IMG/VR virus record: IMGVR_UViG_3300045988_182320 | Reading direction: 5' to 3' (one strand) | From: a virus | Taxonomy: Duplodnaviria > Heunggongvirae > Uroviricota > Caudoviricetes | Length of the DNA stretch: 39,937 nt | Shown here: positions 1-8,981 of the stretch, in pieces | How positions within the stretch are numbered: position 1 is the stretch's first letter | Layout of the letters: each line of letters opens with the position of its first letter | Notes under the pieces: model-generated | Seen by the model: only the letters and a program-made list of their open reading frames with translations | What the model was told of the DNA's origin: nothing | Databases searched by the model: none | Position numbers and translations under genes: made by a program

Positions 1-395
1 CATCACGGTCACCACCGCTTGAAAATTCGCAAATTTTAACCCTAGCGTATGAAATGAAAGATGGAAAATTTGCGTCATCAAAAACACCATGTTTTTCAGA
101 CTTCAGGAGGAAAAACATACCTTGGAGCGATGAAATCGCAGCATTTGGCAGGCTTCGACCCCGAGGTTGAAGATGCCAAATGTGTCGTTTTACGACAGGT
201 TTTCCACACCCACGGATTGGAAAACCCCGATTTTATCGTGGTTTTAGGGATTCAAAGGGAAAATAATTCCCCTTTGTCGGCGATAGCACCCCCCACCGCC
301 CTACGCCCGAGCGCGCCTTCCGCCCCCTTGGAAAAGACGGAATATGTAAAAGACCGTTAACGTTTTTGTAGGAATGTAAAAAGCCAAAAGGCACG

Positions 396-427
396 AAAAA
401 AGGGAACACGCTTCGCAGCGCACTCCC
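396..427 (-). terminator. Candidate rho-independent terminator downstream of terL
   Basis: Imperfect hairpin gggaacacgcttcgcagcgcactccc (402-427) followed on the minus strand by a T6 run (plus aaaaaa 396-401). Confidence 0.35.
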
Positions 428-498
428 CTTATCGGCGGTCAAGCAAGAATGCCAGCCACCTAACTTATATAAGAATCGTACTATCTAAAGAAATCAAA

Positions 499-2100
499 CT
501 ATAGCATGGAACCCGTGGCGATGTAGCCATCAGCCTGAGGGTATTTCTCCATGCCAATCATGAGCGTGTCGTAGGCATCGGAGCCATCGGTGCGAGCCTC
601 CAACTTATCCTCCTCGGTCTCAGCCAGCTTCTCGCCTCGCTTATCCTTCTTGCCGTTGTAGACCCCGGCCAGGCGGATGGAGATGAGCAGGTCTTCGTTG
701 TTCTCGCTGTTGATCATCGAGCGATGCTCAGCCTTGCCGAGGAACATGCGGTTGAGCAGAAGCATCTTTTCGAGATGTCCCATCGGGTTGCCCAGATAGG
801 CCTCGTTGACATACCAGCCATGGTCGGTGAGGTAGTCGGTGATGAAGGTATGGAAGTCATCGTTCATCAGGGCGTAGTTGTTGCCCACGAAGGTGGAGTC
901 GTAGTAGAAGTTGACCTCTTTGCACCGATGGTACTCATAGTACTGCATGAACTTGTCGAGCAGGGCTGGCAGCTTCTCCTCATACTTCACGAAGATGCTC
1001 TTGAGGCAGCGTGCCTCGCCCCGCAGGTTGTCTTGTCCGACGGCTATCCAGTTGATGAGGGCGTTGGCATCGAAGGCGATGCAGAGCGGACGGTCGGGGT
1101 CAACGTCGGCATCCATTCTGGAATCTACATGCTTGAGCTTGTCGATGTCGTAGCCCAAGCCATCGAGGTAGGCGAGGTTGGGCGCCGTGTATAGGTTGGC
1201 ATCCCTGAGGTTGGAGTAGAAGCCATCGAGCGAGATGGAAGGTCGCTTGCACATGATGGAGGTCTGGAAGGTGAGGGCAGGGAGGTCTCGCTTCATCTGC
1301 TTGATGAACTCCATGCCGAGCACCTCGATGTTATAGACCGATGAGTACTCTTTATAGAAGAGTGCCTTGGAGCGCAGTTGCGCCAGGAGCTGACCAATCT
1401 CTCGGAGTCGGCGCTGGGCATAGCCTGAGACATGGCCCGAGGTCTTGATGCGGTTGCGTATGTCATACTCCTCTACCACGAGCGAGGCGATGGCGTCGAT
1501 GAGCAGCTGGTCGCAGTCTTTCTTGTAGTTGAGGAACCAGGAGCCCTTCTTGGTCACGGGCATATCAGAGGTGATGAGCATGCCATGGTGGTAGTAGTGC
1601 TGGCCGAAGAGGTTGACGTTGCCTCGATTGGCAGGGAAGGTCTCGTCTTTGAGCTGTTCGAAGTTGATGAACTTCGCCTCGTCGATGTCGAGGTAGTCGA
1701 GCGAGAGGGAGTTGGAGGTACCCTTGCGGTCTTGCGAGATGATGGTACCGATGGAGCCGTTATAGAAAGAGATGGTGTTCTCCCAGTTGCTGGGCGGTAT
1801 GACCGGGTCGGGCCATCCCAGTTTTTTGGGAGGCTTGACCCCGATGAGATAATGCTTGCCCCGGTGGAAGCCCCATCGCTCCCAGTGCTGAAGCATCGAC
1901 GGTATGGTGTTGGTGAGGCATCGCTTGGTGTTGGCGGATACGAAGCCGCCGTTGCTGCCAGGCATGCGCTGCATGTTGCGCAGGTTGAAGGTGGCGTGGA
2001 GAATGCTCTTGCCGATGCCTCGACCGCCCACGACCACGTTGTCGCGGGCGGAGATGAGGTTGACCTCCATCTGGGCTGGGTTGAGATATTGATCTATCAT
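499..2100 (-). CDS. terL: Terminase large subunit
   Basis: 533 aa; N-terminal Walker A-like VVGGRGIGKS, Walker B-like LDYLDIDEA, C-terminal acidic nuclease-like region; ATG at 2098-2100; last gene of the minus-strand operon. Confidence 0.8.
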   Translation of the reverse strand: MIDQYLNPAQMEVNLISARDNVVVGGRGIGKSILHATFNLRNMQRMPGSNGGFVSANTKRCLTNTIPSMLQHWERWGFHRGKHYLIGVKPPKKLGWPDPVIPPSNWENTISFYNGSIGTIISQDRKGTSNSLSLDYLDIDEAKFINFEQLKDETFPANRGNVNLFGQHYYHHGMLITSDMPVTKKGSWFLNYKKDCDQLLIDAIASLVVEEYDIRNRIKTSGHVSGYAQRRLREIGQLLAQLRSKALFYKEYSSVYNIEVLGMEFIKQMKRDLPALTFQTSIMCKRPSISLDGFYSNLRDANLYTAPNLAYLDGLGYDIDKLKHVDSRMDADVDPDRPLCIAFDANALINWIAVGQDNLRGEARCLKSIFVKYEEKLPALLDKFMQYYEYHRCKEVNFYYDSTFVGNNYALMNDDFHTFITDYLTDHGWYVNEAYLGNPMGHLEKMLLLNRMFLGKAEHRSMINSENNEDLLISIRLAGVYNGKKDKRGEKLAETEEDKLEARTDGSDAYDTLMIGMEKYPQADGYIATGSML

Positions 2101-2726
2101 AGTGCTTTGTCCTCCTTGACTTCTTCTGTAGGTGTATATTCCAAGAGCTGTTCGTCGTAGTCCTCGGCCTCGATCTTGACGAGATCCATGGAGTTGTCGG
2201 TGTATTTCTTGACGAGCTTCTTGATGGTCTGCATCACGTTAGGGATGCGCTTGAGACCCAAGTGTCGTGGGTCGGTGGTAGGGATGAAGACCTGAGGCTG
2301 AATCTGGTCGTAGCCGTTGTCGGTAGGATCCTCTTTGTCGAGCAGGTGATATTTGCCGTATGCAGCTGCGGCGGCAGCCATGGCTCGGGCATCGCCCATG
2401 GAGTCGGCCTTGTCGTAGGTGCGCTGTATCATCTGGTCGAAGCGATAGCGGGCGAAGTCTTTTGACACTTTTTGCAGGTTGCCCAATATGAGCTTGATGA
2501 GGTGCAGGTCGTTGTAAGCCATCATGCGCTGCACCTTGTAGTCGTGCATATCTTTATAGACCAGCTCTTGGTCGCTCTTGCGAGGGTTGATGAGCCACCA
2601 GGCATAGAGGGCACGGATGCGCAAAATGCGGTCGCGCACTGGGGCGGGCACATTTTGCGCATCCATCTCTTCGGGTGTGCGGTCCATCAGTTCGATGATG
2701 GCATCGATGTTGGCGGGTTCTCTCAT
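2097..2726 (-). CDS. Hypothetical protein; possible terminase small subunit by position only
   Basis: 209 aa; ATG at 2724-2726; 4-nt overlap with terL start; no diagnostic motif recognised. Confidence 0.3.
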   Translation of the reverse strand: MREPANIDAIIELMDRTPEEMDAQNVPAPVRDRILRIRALYAWWLINPRKSDQELVYKDMHDYKVQRMMAYNDLHLIKLILGNLQKVSKDFARYRFDQMIQRTYDKADSMGDARAMAAAAAAYGKYHLLDKEDPTDNGYDQIQPQVFIPTTDPRHLGLKRIPNVMQTIKKLVKKYTDNSMDLVKIEAEDYDEQLLEYTPTEEVKEDKAL

Positions 2727-3004
2727 ATTCTAATCTCCTCTAACATTTGGTTCAGATATTCGTGTGTGCGCTGCACCGCCTGTGGCGAGCCAGCCGCAGC
2801 CAGGTCTAGCTCGTTTTTGCGTATCTGCTGGCGCACCGTCGCCATGCCCAAGTAATAGACACGGTGAAGCTCGGAGTCGGGCTTCAGTATCTCGTCACGC
2901 AGATCGTCCTCGCTAATATCCAAAAGGACGGACATCTCGGATATCGGAGTCAACGTCTCCGCGAAGTCTTGCACTTTTTTGAGTAATTCCTGAGAAATTT
3001 CCAT
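2723..3004 (-). CDS. Hypothetical small protein
   Basis: 93 aa ORF with ATG start, overlaps neighbours by 4 nt (operon-like coupling). Confidence 0.4.
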   Translation of the reverse strand: MEISQELLKKVQDFAETLTPISEMSVLLDISEDDLRDEILKPDSELHRVYYLGMATVRQQIRKNELDLAAAGSPQAVQRTHEYLNQMLEEIRI

Positions 3005-3488
3005 TGATTCTTAAGCTTTGAGTGTCACAATGAAGGGTATATCCGCCGAAGAGGTCGGCGAAGACCTGCGGGTCGGTGGTGATGATGGTTGACTCGTCAC
3101 GGCTGCCGTAGGTCTGGTTTTGCGAGGTGACGACCGACACGACGTGCTGGTCGTTGCGGAAGAGTGTCACCTTGGAGTGGTTTTGCCCCAGGAACACATC
3201 GTCGAAGCAGGTCTGCATCATGCGCCACAGCTGCACGGTCTTTTTGCTCGCCTTGACATCGAGCAGCATCGTTGCCGACAGGATGCTGCCCGACTGGCGC
3301 ATCAGGCGGAAGCCTCGCAGGAACTCCTCGGAGGTGGAGTAGGAAGACACCCACACATCTGCAGGGCCTATCTGGGAGAGAATCCACTTGATGAGACCGA
3401 GGGTGTGGAGGTGCCGCCCGAAGTAGGCTTGCGTCTGGGCATCGGCGATGGGACGGAGCAGGTCACTGACCTTGACCTTGGTCGGCAT
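2913..3488 (-). CDS. Hypothetical protein
   Basis: 191 aa ORF, ATG at 3486-3488. Confidence 0.4.
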   Translation of the reverse strand: MPTKVKVSDLLRPIADAQTQAYFGRHLHTLGLIKWILSQIGPADVWVSSYSTSEEFLRGFRLMRQSGSILSATMLLDVKASKKTVQLWRMMQTCFDDVFLGQNHSKVTLFRNDQHVVSVVTSQNQTYGSRDESTIITTDPQVFADLFGGYTLHCDTQSLRINGNFSGITQKSARLRGDVDSDIRDVRPFGY

Positions 3489-4206
3489 TGGCGGCTAGCT
3501 TAGCCTTGGCTACACGGTCACGGTCGGCATTGGTAACCTGGTATGAGTCGTAGGTGAGCATGTCGGCACGATAGCGCTTGTCGAGGTCGGAGAGTATCTT
3601 GAGAAGCTCGTATCGGTCGCATGGCTCAAGGCGCTCCATCGTCTTGAGCGTCTCGAAGGTCGATTTAATCTGCTTGTATCGCTTGGCGTTGGCATCCCAG
3701 AGAGCGGCAACCTCGGCAGGAAGGAACTCATGGTCGCTGCGCTTGCCCTTGCGGATGACCGCCACGCCATCGCTCTCGGAGGAAGGCAGCTCGGCATCAT
3801 CGGTCGAGCCATCATCGTCGATGGAATCGGCATTTTTTGCGATTTCATTGCCATTTTCGTCGGTTTCATCGGTCTTTTTGGTCGTTTTCTCGGTCGTATC
3901 GGTCGTTTCTTCGGTCGTTGCCACAGGTACGCCCTCACTGATGATGGCTTGCGCCTCTGGTATGACGATGGCATCCATCTGCTTGACCTCTTCGATGGTC
4001 ATGCCATCGAGACGAATCTTCAGGAACTTATTCAGCTCATACTCGATGTTGGTGCGATAAACCTGTGGCTGTCGGGTGGCACGGAAATGGTAGAAGCGAT
4101 TGCGGTTGAGACGGAAGAGCATGTCTGCGCCCTTGATGATGTCAGCGTCGCTCTCGTGCTTGGCATTGAGCCACGCCTGTATCTGTTTGGTGAATTGATG
4201 ATCCAT
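3463..4206 (-). CDS. Hypothetical acidic protein
   Basis: Start placed at ATG 4204-4206 (MDHQF...) rather than the track start at 4338, because a terminator hairpin (4238-4266) lies between; long D/E/T-rich central tract. Confidence 0.4.
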   Translation of the reverse strand: MDHQFTKQIQAWLNAKHESDADIIKGADMLFRLNRNRFYHFRATRQPQVYRTNIEYELNKFLKIRLDGMTIEEVKQMDAIVIPEAQAIISEGVPVATTEETTDTTEKTTKKTDETDENGNEIAKNADSIDDDGSTDDAELPSSESDGVAVIRKGKRSDHEFLPAEVAALWDANAKRYKQIKSTFETLKTMERLEPCDRYELLKILSDLDKRYRADMLTYDSYQVTNADRDRVAKAKLAANADQGQGQ

Positions 4207-4220
4207 ATATAAGAATGTTT

Positions 4221-4266
4221 TTGATGAAAAGAACAAAGGTGGCTCAGGCACGAAGCGAGAGCCACC
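4221..4266 (-). terminator. Rho-independent terminator
   Basis: Perfect 8-bp stem ggtggctc (4238-4245) / gagccacc (4259-4266), 13-nt loop, followed on the minus strand by tttgttcttttc. Confidence 0.55.
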
Positions 4267-4322
4267 TAAGCTTTGAAGTTTAAACCGTATGTAGTTATGC
4301 AAAAATTTGGGCAAATGAACGT

Positions 4323-4919
4323 TTATGCCGCCTCCCATACAGAGCCATCGGAACCCTTGATGTCTCCGGACTCAGTCTCGATCTTGCCAGGATAGAACGG
4401 TGTAGGGCAGAAGTCTGTCGCCTCGGTGTTGACGGTCGTGGTGCAAGCATCGGTCACGCCGCTGCCCGATGCCTGGCTGACGGTAATCTTAGGTGCGAAT
4501 GCCTCGCAGCCGATGAGACGGGCACGACCCTTGCGGTCTTGCACCATCATGATGAGCTCGTCGTTGATAGCCATGGTAGCGAAGCCACTGATGTCCTCGT
4601 CGGTACCACCCACCACGAACTCGCCTTTGTTGAGGAACGTAGCGGAAGGTGCCTCGCCCTGAGTCTCTGCAGTAAAATTGCTCTTGGCATCTACGAGGTC
4701 GAGACTGTGCCACTTGGCATCGCTCGCCAAGGTGAAGTCGCCTGTATATTGAGCCAGCTTGGCCGGGTCTGTGGTCTTGTCATCAGCTGCTGGCAATGTT
4801 GGCCAAGTCAGGATCTGACTCTTGAGGATGAAGAATACACGAGGTTTAATGCCTGGGGCTATGCGAGCCCCAGGACATTTTTTGACTGATTTATATAAAT
4901 CTTTTGTAGTACAAGCCAT
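4323..4919 (-). CDS. Hypothetical protein (head-module neighbour)
   Basis: 198 aa, ATG at 4917-4919, immediately downstream of the capsid-like gene. Confidence 0.45.
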   Translation of the reverse strand: MACTTKDLYKSVKKCPGARIAPGIKPRVFFILKSQILTWPTLPAADDKTTDPAKLAQYTGDFTLASDAKWHSLDLVDAKSNFTAETQGEAPSATFLNKGEFVVGGTDEDISGFATMAINDELIMMVQDRKGRARLIGCEAFAPKITVSQASGSGVTDACTTTVNTEATDFCPTPFYPGKIETESGDIKGSDGSVWEAA

Positions 4920-4952
4920 AATTTAATCTCCTATATATAATAAGGTGAAACT

Positions 4953-6056
4953 TTACTCCTTGCCCTCATCGTCAGTGTCGCTTGAAGACGTATCCACTGG
5001 GTCGCCACTGGCAGTGTTGCTTGCAGCCTCTGCGAGCGAAGTCTTCTGGATGAGCGGTGTGGTACCATCGTTGGTGATGACAAGAAGGCGCTCTTTGTTG
5101 ATGCTCTCGTACTGGCAGCCGAAGAACTTGGTGGCGATGAAGTCGAGCTTCCAAGGGTGGTATTTTTCCACGCTGATCTTCTCCTCGTCGCTGTTGTTTG
5201 CCTCGTTGACACCCACGAGCATGTTGTTGCGAGTGGTGAGCTGGAAGAATGGCGCATTCTTCTTGTTGACGAGCGGTACCATCTCTACGTTGTCGAAGCC
5301 CTCGATGGTGTTGTGGTTGTAACCTGTATTGTATGGCACATTGCCAAACTTTTTGAGGTAGTTGCGGTTGTAGAGGTTGATGAACGCCTGTGGCACGTAG
5401 AGATAAAGCTTCTCTTCGCCAATCAGCTCTTCGTCAGCCGACTCGCAGATGGCCTGAGCGAAGTCAACGGCGTTGTCGTCGCTGATGGAAGCGTCGCTGC
5501 CCAGAATGTCTGAGACCTTGATGAGGTTGCCGAGTTCGCTAGACAGCTTGGCATTGGTCAACTCAGTCTTGGCGATGGTATCGAAACCATTGAAAAGGTC
5601 TTTTGAACCCTTGCCCTGGTCGTTGCGCACGGCATCGAAGAGGTGGAGGTTGAGATTCTTGCCCAGCTTGAGCGCAAGCAACTGCAGCACCTGAAGGGTG
5701 ATTGGCACGTTCTTAAGCGCTTCGCCATTCATGGCGTTGGCACCCCAGATAGTGGAATAAACCGAGTTAGGGGAGAACTTGATGTCAACGTTGCCGAGGT
5801 ACACCTGCAGGGTACGAGGTGTAATCTTAACGCCACCATCGCCCACACGGTTCTCGTCGTATGGACCGAGCTCAGCGTTGCCGAGCAACTCGCCCACGGT
5901 CTCTGAAACTCTGATGCCCGGGCGCAGGGTCATATATTTGAGCGACTGAGCCAAGCCCTTTGTCGGCATCGTAATCAACTGCGAACGGTAAGTTTTCGCA
6001 GTGTTCTGCAGCTGTACATCGACATCTGCAGGCGCAATGAATTTATTATCTGCCAT
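4953..6056 (-). CDS. Putative major capsid protein
   Basis: 367 aa ORF starting 2 nt after the protease/scaffold gene; assignment is positional (protease-scaffold-capsid order), no motif-level proof. Confidence 0.5.
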   Translation of the reverse strand: MADNKFIAPADVDVQLQNTAKTYRSQLITMPTKGLAQSLKYMTLRPGIRVSETVGELLGNAELGPYDENRVGDGGVKITPRTLQVYLGNVDIKFSPNSVYSTIWGANAMNGEALKNVPITLQVLQLLALKLGKNLNLHLFDAVRNDQGKGSKDLFNGFDTIAKTELTNAKLSSELGNLIKVSDILGSDASISDDNAVDFAQAICESADEELIGEEKLYLYVPQAFINLYNRNYLKKFGNVPYNTGYNHNTIEGFDNVEMVPLVNKKNAPFFQLTTRNNMLVGVNEANNSDEEKISVEKYHPWKLDFIATKFFGCQYESINKERLLVITNDGTTPLIQKTSLAEAASNTASGDPVDTSSSDTDDEGKE

Positions 6057-6057
6057 A

Positions 6058-7083
6058 TTATGCGAACTGATTTAAAGCATCCAACACTTGATCTGAGCAG
6101 AAATCCTCGACCTTGGTGTCATCGACAGCAGTGTGCGTGTCGCCACCAGGCTCTCCCTCCAGATCCTTCACTTTATCCTTCAGGTCATCTCTCTCCTTTT
6201 CGAGATTCTTGACCTGAGTCTCTAACTCCTTCTTCTCATCCTTGACCTTCTGAAGCTCTGTGTCTTTGTCGGTCACGGCCTTGGAGTCGGCAGCAATCTT
6301 ATCCTCCAGCTTCTGCATCTGCTCCTGAGAGATGGTGCAGTCCTTGGCTGAATCCTCTGCCTCAATGCCCTCGATGTTGAGGACATTGTTGATGTGAGTC
6401 CATTTTTTAATCATATTAATAATTTTGTTTTGAGATTTATCTTTACCGAAAATTCGGTCGATGAAGCTTGGCTTTTTATCATACCAAGAGTTGACGACCT
6501 CAGGGAGCACCGGAAGGTTGTTGTACTTGATGAAGTCTTGTGTCTGCTCTGTGATGTCAGCAGGTTTGCCATCCATGGACTCATCGACGAGACCCAGTTC
6601 GATGCACTCATCGACGGTGTGCCACTTTGCCTCGGACATCACCTTGACGATGTCCTCGTGCTTCTTGCCCGAGCGATCGCAGTAAACGTTGGCGATGATG
6701 TTGTCGATTTTCTGCTGGTTCTCTTGCTGTTTTTGAAGCTGCTCGATGAGCGAGCCTATCTGCTCCTCGTTGAGCGCAGACCACACAAACTGCTCGGTAG
6801 AGCACTTGTGTACCAGGAGCAAGCTATATTTGCTCATGCGAATCTTGCTGGCACCCATCGCACAGATGGTGGCAGCAGAGGCAGAGAAGCCCGCCTGGAA
6901 GTCAACGGTCACATCGCCATGGGACTTGAACATCTGGCAGATGGCGAGACCTGCGGAGACCTCACCACCCAAGGAGTCGATGGCAACATCGACGTGCTTG
7001 TCTTTGTTAGCCTTGAGAATGTCGCGGACCATGAGTTTTGTCCACGAGCCAATATATCCAGTGATAGAAATTTGGTACTTCAT
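6058..7083 (-). CDS. Prohead protease (ClpP/S14-like) fused to a coiled-coil scaffold-like C-terminus
   Basis: N-terminal IDSLGGEVSAGLAIC...GFSASAATICAMGASKIRMSKYSLLLVH resembles the ClpP Ser/His active-site regions; C-terminal half is K/E/D-rich coiled coil (KVKDEKKELETQVKNLEKERDDLKDKVKDLE). Confidence 0.8.
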   Translation of the reverse strand: MKYQISITGYIGSWTKLMVRDILKANKDKHVDVAIDSLGGEVSAGLAICQMFKSHGDVTVDFQAGFSASAATICAMGASKIRMSKYSLLLVHKCSTEQFVWSALNEEQIGSLIEQLQKQQENQQKIDNIIANVYCDRSGKKHEDIVKVMSEAKWHTVDECIELGLVDESMDGKPADITEQTQDFIKYNNLPVLPEVVNSWYDKKPSFIDRIFGKDKSQNKIINMIKKWTHINNVLNIEGIEAEDSAKDCTISQEQMQKLEDKIAADSKAVTDKDTELQKVKDEKKELETQVKNLEKERDDLKDKVKDLEGEPGGDTHTAVDDTKVEDFCSDQVLDALNQFA

Positions 7084-7106
7084 ATATCTTTGCGATTTTT
7101 ACGGCG

Positions 7107-7114
7107 CAAAGATA
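7107..7114 (-). promoter_or_regulatory. Bacteroidota-type -7 promoter box
   Basis: Plus-strand caaagata = minus-strand TAtcTTTG, 24 nt upstream of the protease start codon. Confidence 0.45.
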
Positions 7115-7143
7115 TATAATAATGTATAAGGATAAAAAAACTT

Positions 7144-7563
7144 TTATTGGATGATTTGGAGCGGTTTTATCACGTCAGACCATGTCACGGTATAAGTGAT
7201 GAGCGATGAGTCTGTGTGCGAGCTTGGCATATTTTCGGTGCGAGTGAGCACCGGGAAGGGACGCTGGTCTCTGCCCAGAAGATAGGCGCACCCATCGGCG
7301 GTAGTCACCTTGTAGGCGAGCGGGTGAACCTCTGAGTCTATCTGCTCGCTCGACTTGAAGGTGAGCTTTGAAGTGAAAATGCGAACCTTGGACTCAATTT
7401 TGTCGGTGATTTCACAACTCGACGGCATTTTGCACTTTATCTGCTGGAAGACTGCACTTGCAGGAATGATGCAAAGATTTTTGGCTGGGAAGATGACAGC
7501 CTTGAGGTCATCGGCTCTCACGACCTCAATCTTGATGATGTTTTTGATGTATGACATAAGCAT
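7144..7563 (-). CDS. Hypothetical protein
   Basis: 139 aa, ATG at 7561-7563. Confidence 0.4.
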   Translation of the reverse strand: MLMSYIKNIIKIEVVRADDLKAVIFPAKNLCIIPASAVFQQIKCKMPSSCEITDKIESKVRIFTSKLTFKSSEQIDSEVHPLAYKVTTADGCAYLLGRDQRPFPVLTRTENMPSSHTDSSLITYTVTWSDVIKPLQIIQ

Positions 7564-7642
7564 GAAAATTTATCTTTTTGTTTGGAATCGACGGATATTT
7601 CGGTTTTGTTCGGAGTTGTTTGCAGAGACGGAAAAATTTGTA

Positions 7643-8227
7643 TTAATCTTTGCTAAATCTTGTTGTAGATATTAAATTTACGCCTCTTTTTGCGTGTTGA
7701 TCACGCATTCTGTAGAAACATTGGCGTACGGTATCCTCGTAATCGATGCCAATGCCATGCTGTTCGCACCATGCCGAAATGAGCGATGAAAGCTTGCATG
7801 AGCGGTCGGCGATGTCTTTGAGCGAAGCCCAGAGATCCATCTTGAAGAGGTCGGAAATCATCTCTTTGACGGCACGTCTGGCACGTGGCCCGAGGTAGTT
7901 GTACTCTCGCACAGGCTTAGCCTTGGAGTCAGGCAGCTCGATGGCAAGATACTCTTCGGGATGGGTGAGCCATCGGCTCTGCTCGAACTCCTCGTCGTGG
8001 AAGGTATGCTTGACACTTTGGTGCAGTTGGCTGGCATCAGCCTGCTGCATCTCTTGGATGTTCTCTTGGTCGATAGGCGATAGGTTGACAACGGGAGGTC
8101 TGCTGGTGAACTTGCGGAGCACAGCCACCTCGTTGCCGATGGCAGGGAAGACCACTGGGTTGCCATAAGCTCGGTAAGCCCATTGTCTGATGTGGGTAGG
8201 AACTTTGATGTAAACAATTGGATTCAT
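7643..8227 (-). CDS. Hypothetical protein
   Basis: Track ORF begins with TTG at 8239; first ATG (MNPIVYIK...) at 8225-8227, with a -7 box at 8248-8255. Confidence 0.45.
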   Translation of the reverse strand: MNPIVYIKVPTHIRQWAYRAYGNPVVFPAIGNEVAVLRKFTSRPPVVNLSPIDQENIQEMQQADASQLHQSVKHTFHDEEFEQSRWLTHPEEYLAIELPDSKAKPVREYNYLGPRARRAVKEMISDLFKMDLWASLKDIADRSCKLSSLISAWCEQHGIGIDYEDTVRQCFYRMRDQHAKRGVNLISTTRFSKD

Positions 8228-8247
8228 ATAGCTATGCAATTTTCGTG

Positions 8248-8255
8248 CAAAGATA
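8248..8255 (-). promoter_or_regulatory. Bacteroidota-type -7 promoter box
   Basis: caaagata on plus strand (TAtcTTTG on minus), about 21 nt upstream of ATG 8227. Confidence 0.45.
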
Positions 8256-8369
8256 CAAAGAAAATTTGAAATAACTAACGATAATCGGTAAAAACTAACT
8301 TTTATCAGTAAATTTGGTGTGATATAATTTCGTCCGAAAAGTTTGTATTTTTGTATCGTACAAACAAGG

Positions 8370-8620
8370 CTCTGTAACTAGCTGATAATCAATACTATTT
8401 TTGTGATACAATTTTCTGATACAGAAATTGTAACTCTTTAGCTTTTGTAACTTGGGGTTTTGTCGAGGTCGAAGACCTGTAGGAGAAGGGGCTTGTTACA
8501 AACTTGAAAAACTTTGTAACCGAGTTGTAACGCAACTTTGTAAACATCGGCATGGCGGCTTAACTCACTCTTTTTTAGTTATTTACATCTTTTGCTAACA
8601 TTATGTTACAGAGTTACAAA
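8370..8620. repeat. Iteron-like repeat cluster, candidate replication origin
   Basis: At least 8 copies of TTGTAAC / GTTACAA in about 250 bp (8371-8377, 8428-8434, 8445-8451, 8495-8501, 8514-8520, 8525-8531, 8605-8610, 8613-8619), including the inverted pair gttacaaa(8495-8502)/tttgtaac(8513-8520); next to the primase-helicase gene. Confidence 0.45.
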
Positions 8621-8764
8621 GGATTTGTATAAAATAAAAGAAAGGGGTGTGGGGAAAACGATGGCACGGGGCGTGAAGGAGGTTAGAAAAGGCCCATCGA
8701 GACACCCAGGACACCCCCATTGGCCAATGGAGGGGTAGCGAGACGAAACATCGCCCATGGCAAC

Positions 8765-8800
8765 GAAAAAAGGGAGCGACGGCCAATGCGCATCGCTCCC
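8765..8800 (-). terminator. Rho-independent terminator downstream of the primase-helicase gene
   Basis: Perfect 8-bp GC-rich stem gggagcga (8772-8779) / tcgctccc (8793-8800), followed on the minus strand by tttttt (plus aaaaaa 8766-8771). Confidence 0.55.
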
Positions 8801-8981
8801 TCGTAACATGGGAAAAGAATTATAAATCAGCAAAAATCTGCCTATGAAATCAGCCCTCGTCTGCTTGCAAAAATAGTGAAAAATTGCTTGAAAATTTAGC
8901 CGAAAATATTTGCATAATTCAGATATTTTTTGTACCTTTGCACTATAACTTGGGGCTATCTATTCTATTATATATGGATGG

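Noticed and set aside
61-360. 99-aa plus-strand ORF at the left end of the window
   Set aside because: No promoter box or recognisable motif; it lies downstream of the terL terminator in a region with a C-rich tract, so it is more likely noncoding or host-junction DNA. It could not be supported from sequence alone.
724-2160. Plus-strand ORFs of 150-240 aa overlapping terL (and similar antisense ORFs inside the primase-helicase, tape-measure, tail-fibre and RT genes)
   Set aside because: These are antisense shadow ORFs of long, GC-biased minus-strand genes; their translations are low-complexity (V/G/A/R-rich) and they have no start context.
8640-8830. tRNA gene in GC-rich intergenic blocks (also checked at 230-340 and 13400-13535)
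   Set aside because: No cloverleaf could be assembled: no T-arm GGTTCGAATCC-like box with matching acceptor stem. A tRNA scan would be needed to exclude one formally.
8601-8833. Two overlapping minus-strand ORFs (61 and 75 aa) in the GC-rich intergenic island
   Set aside because: W/P/G/C-rich translations with no start context; the region is better explained as a structured noncoding element ending in the 8765-8800 terminator.
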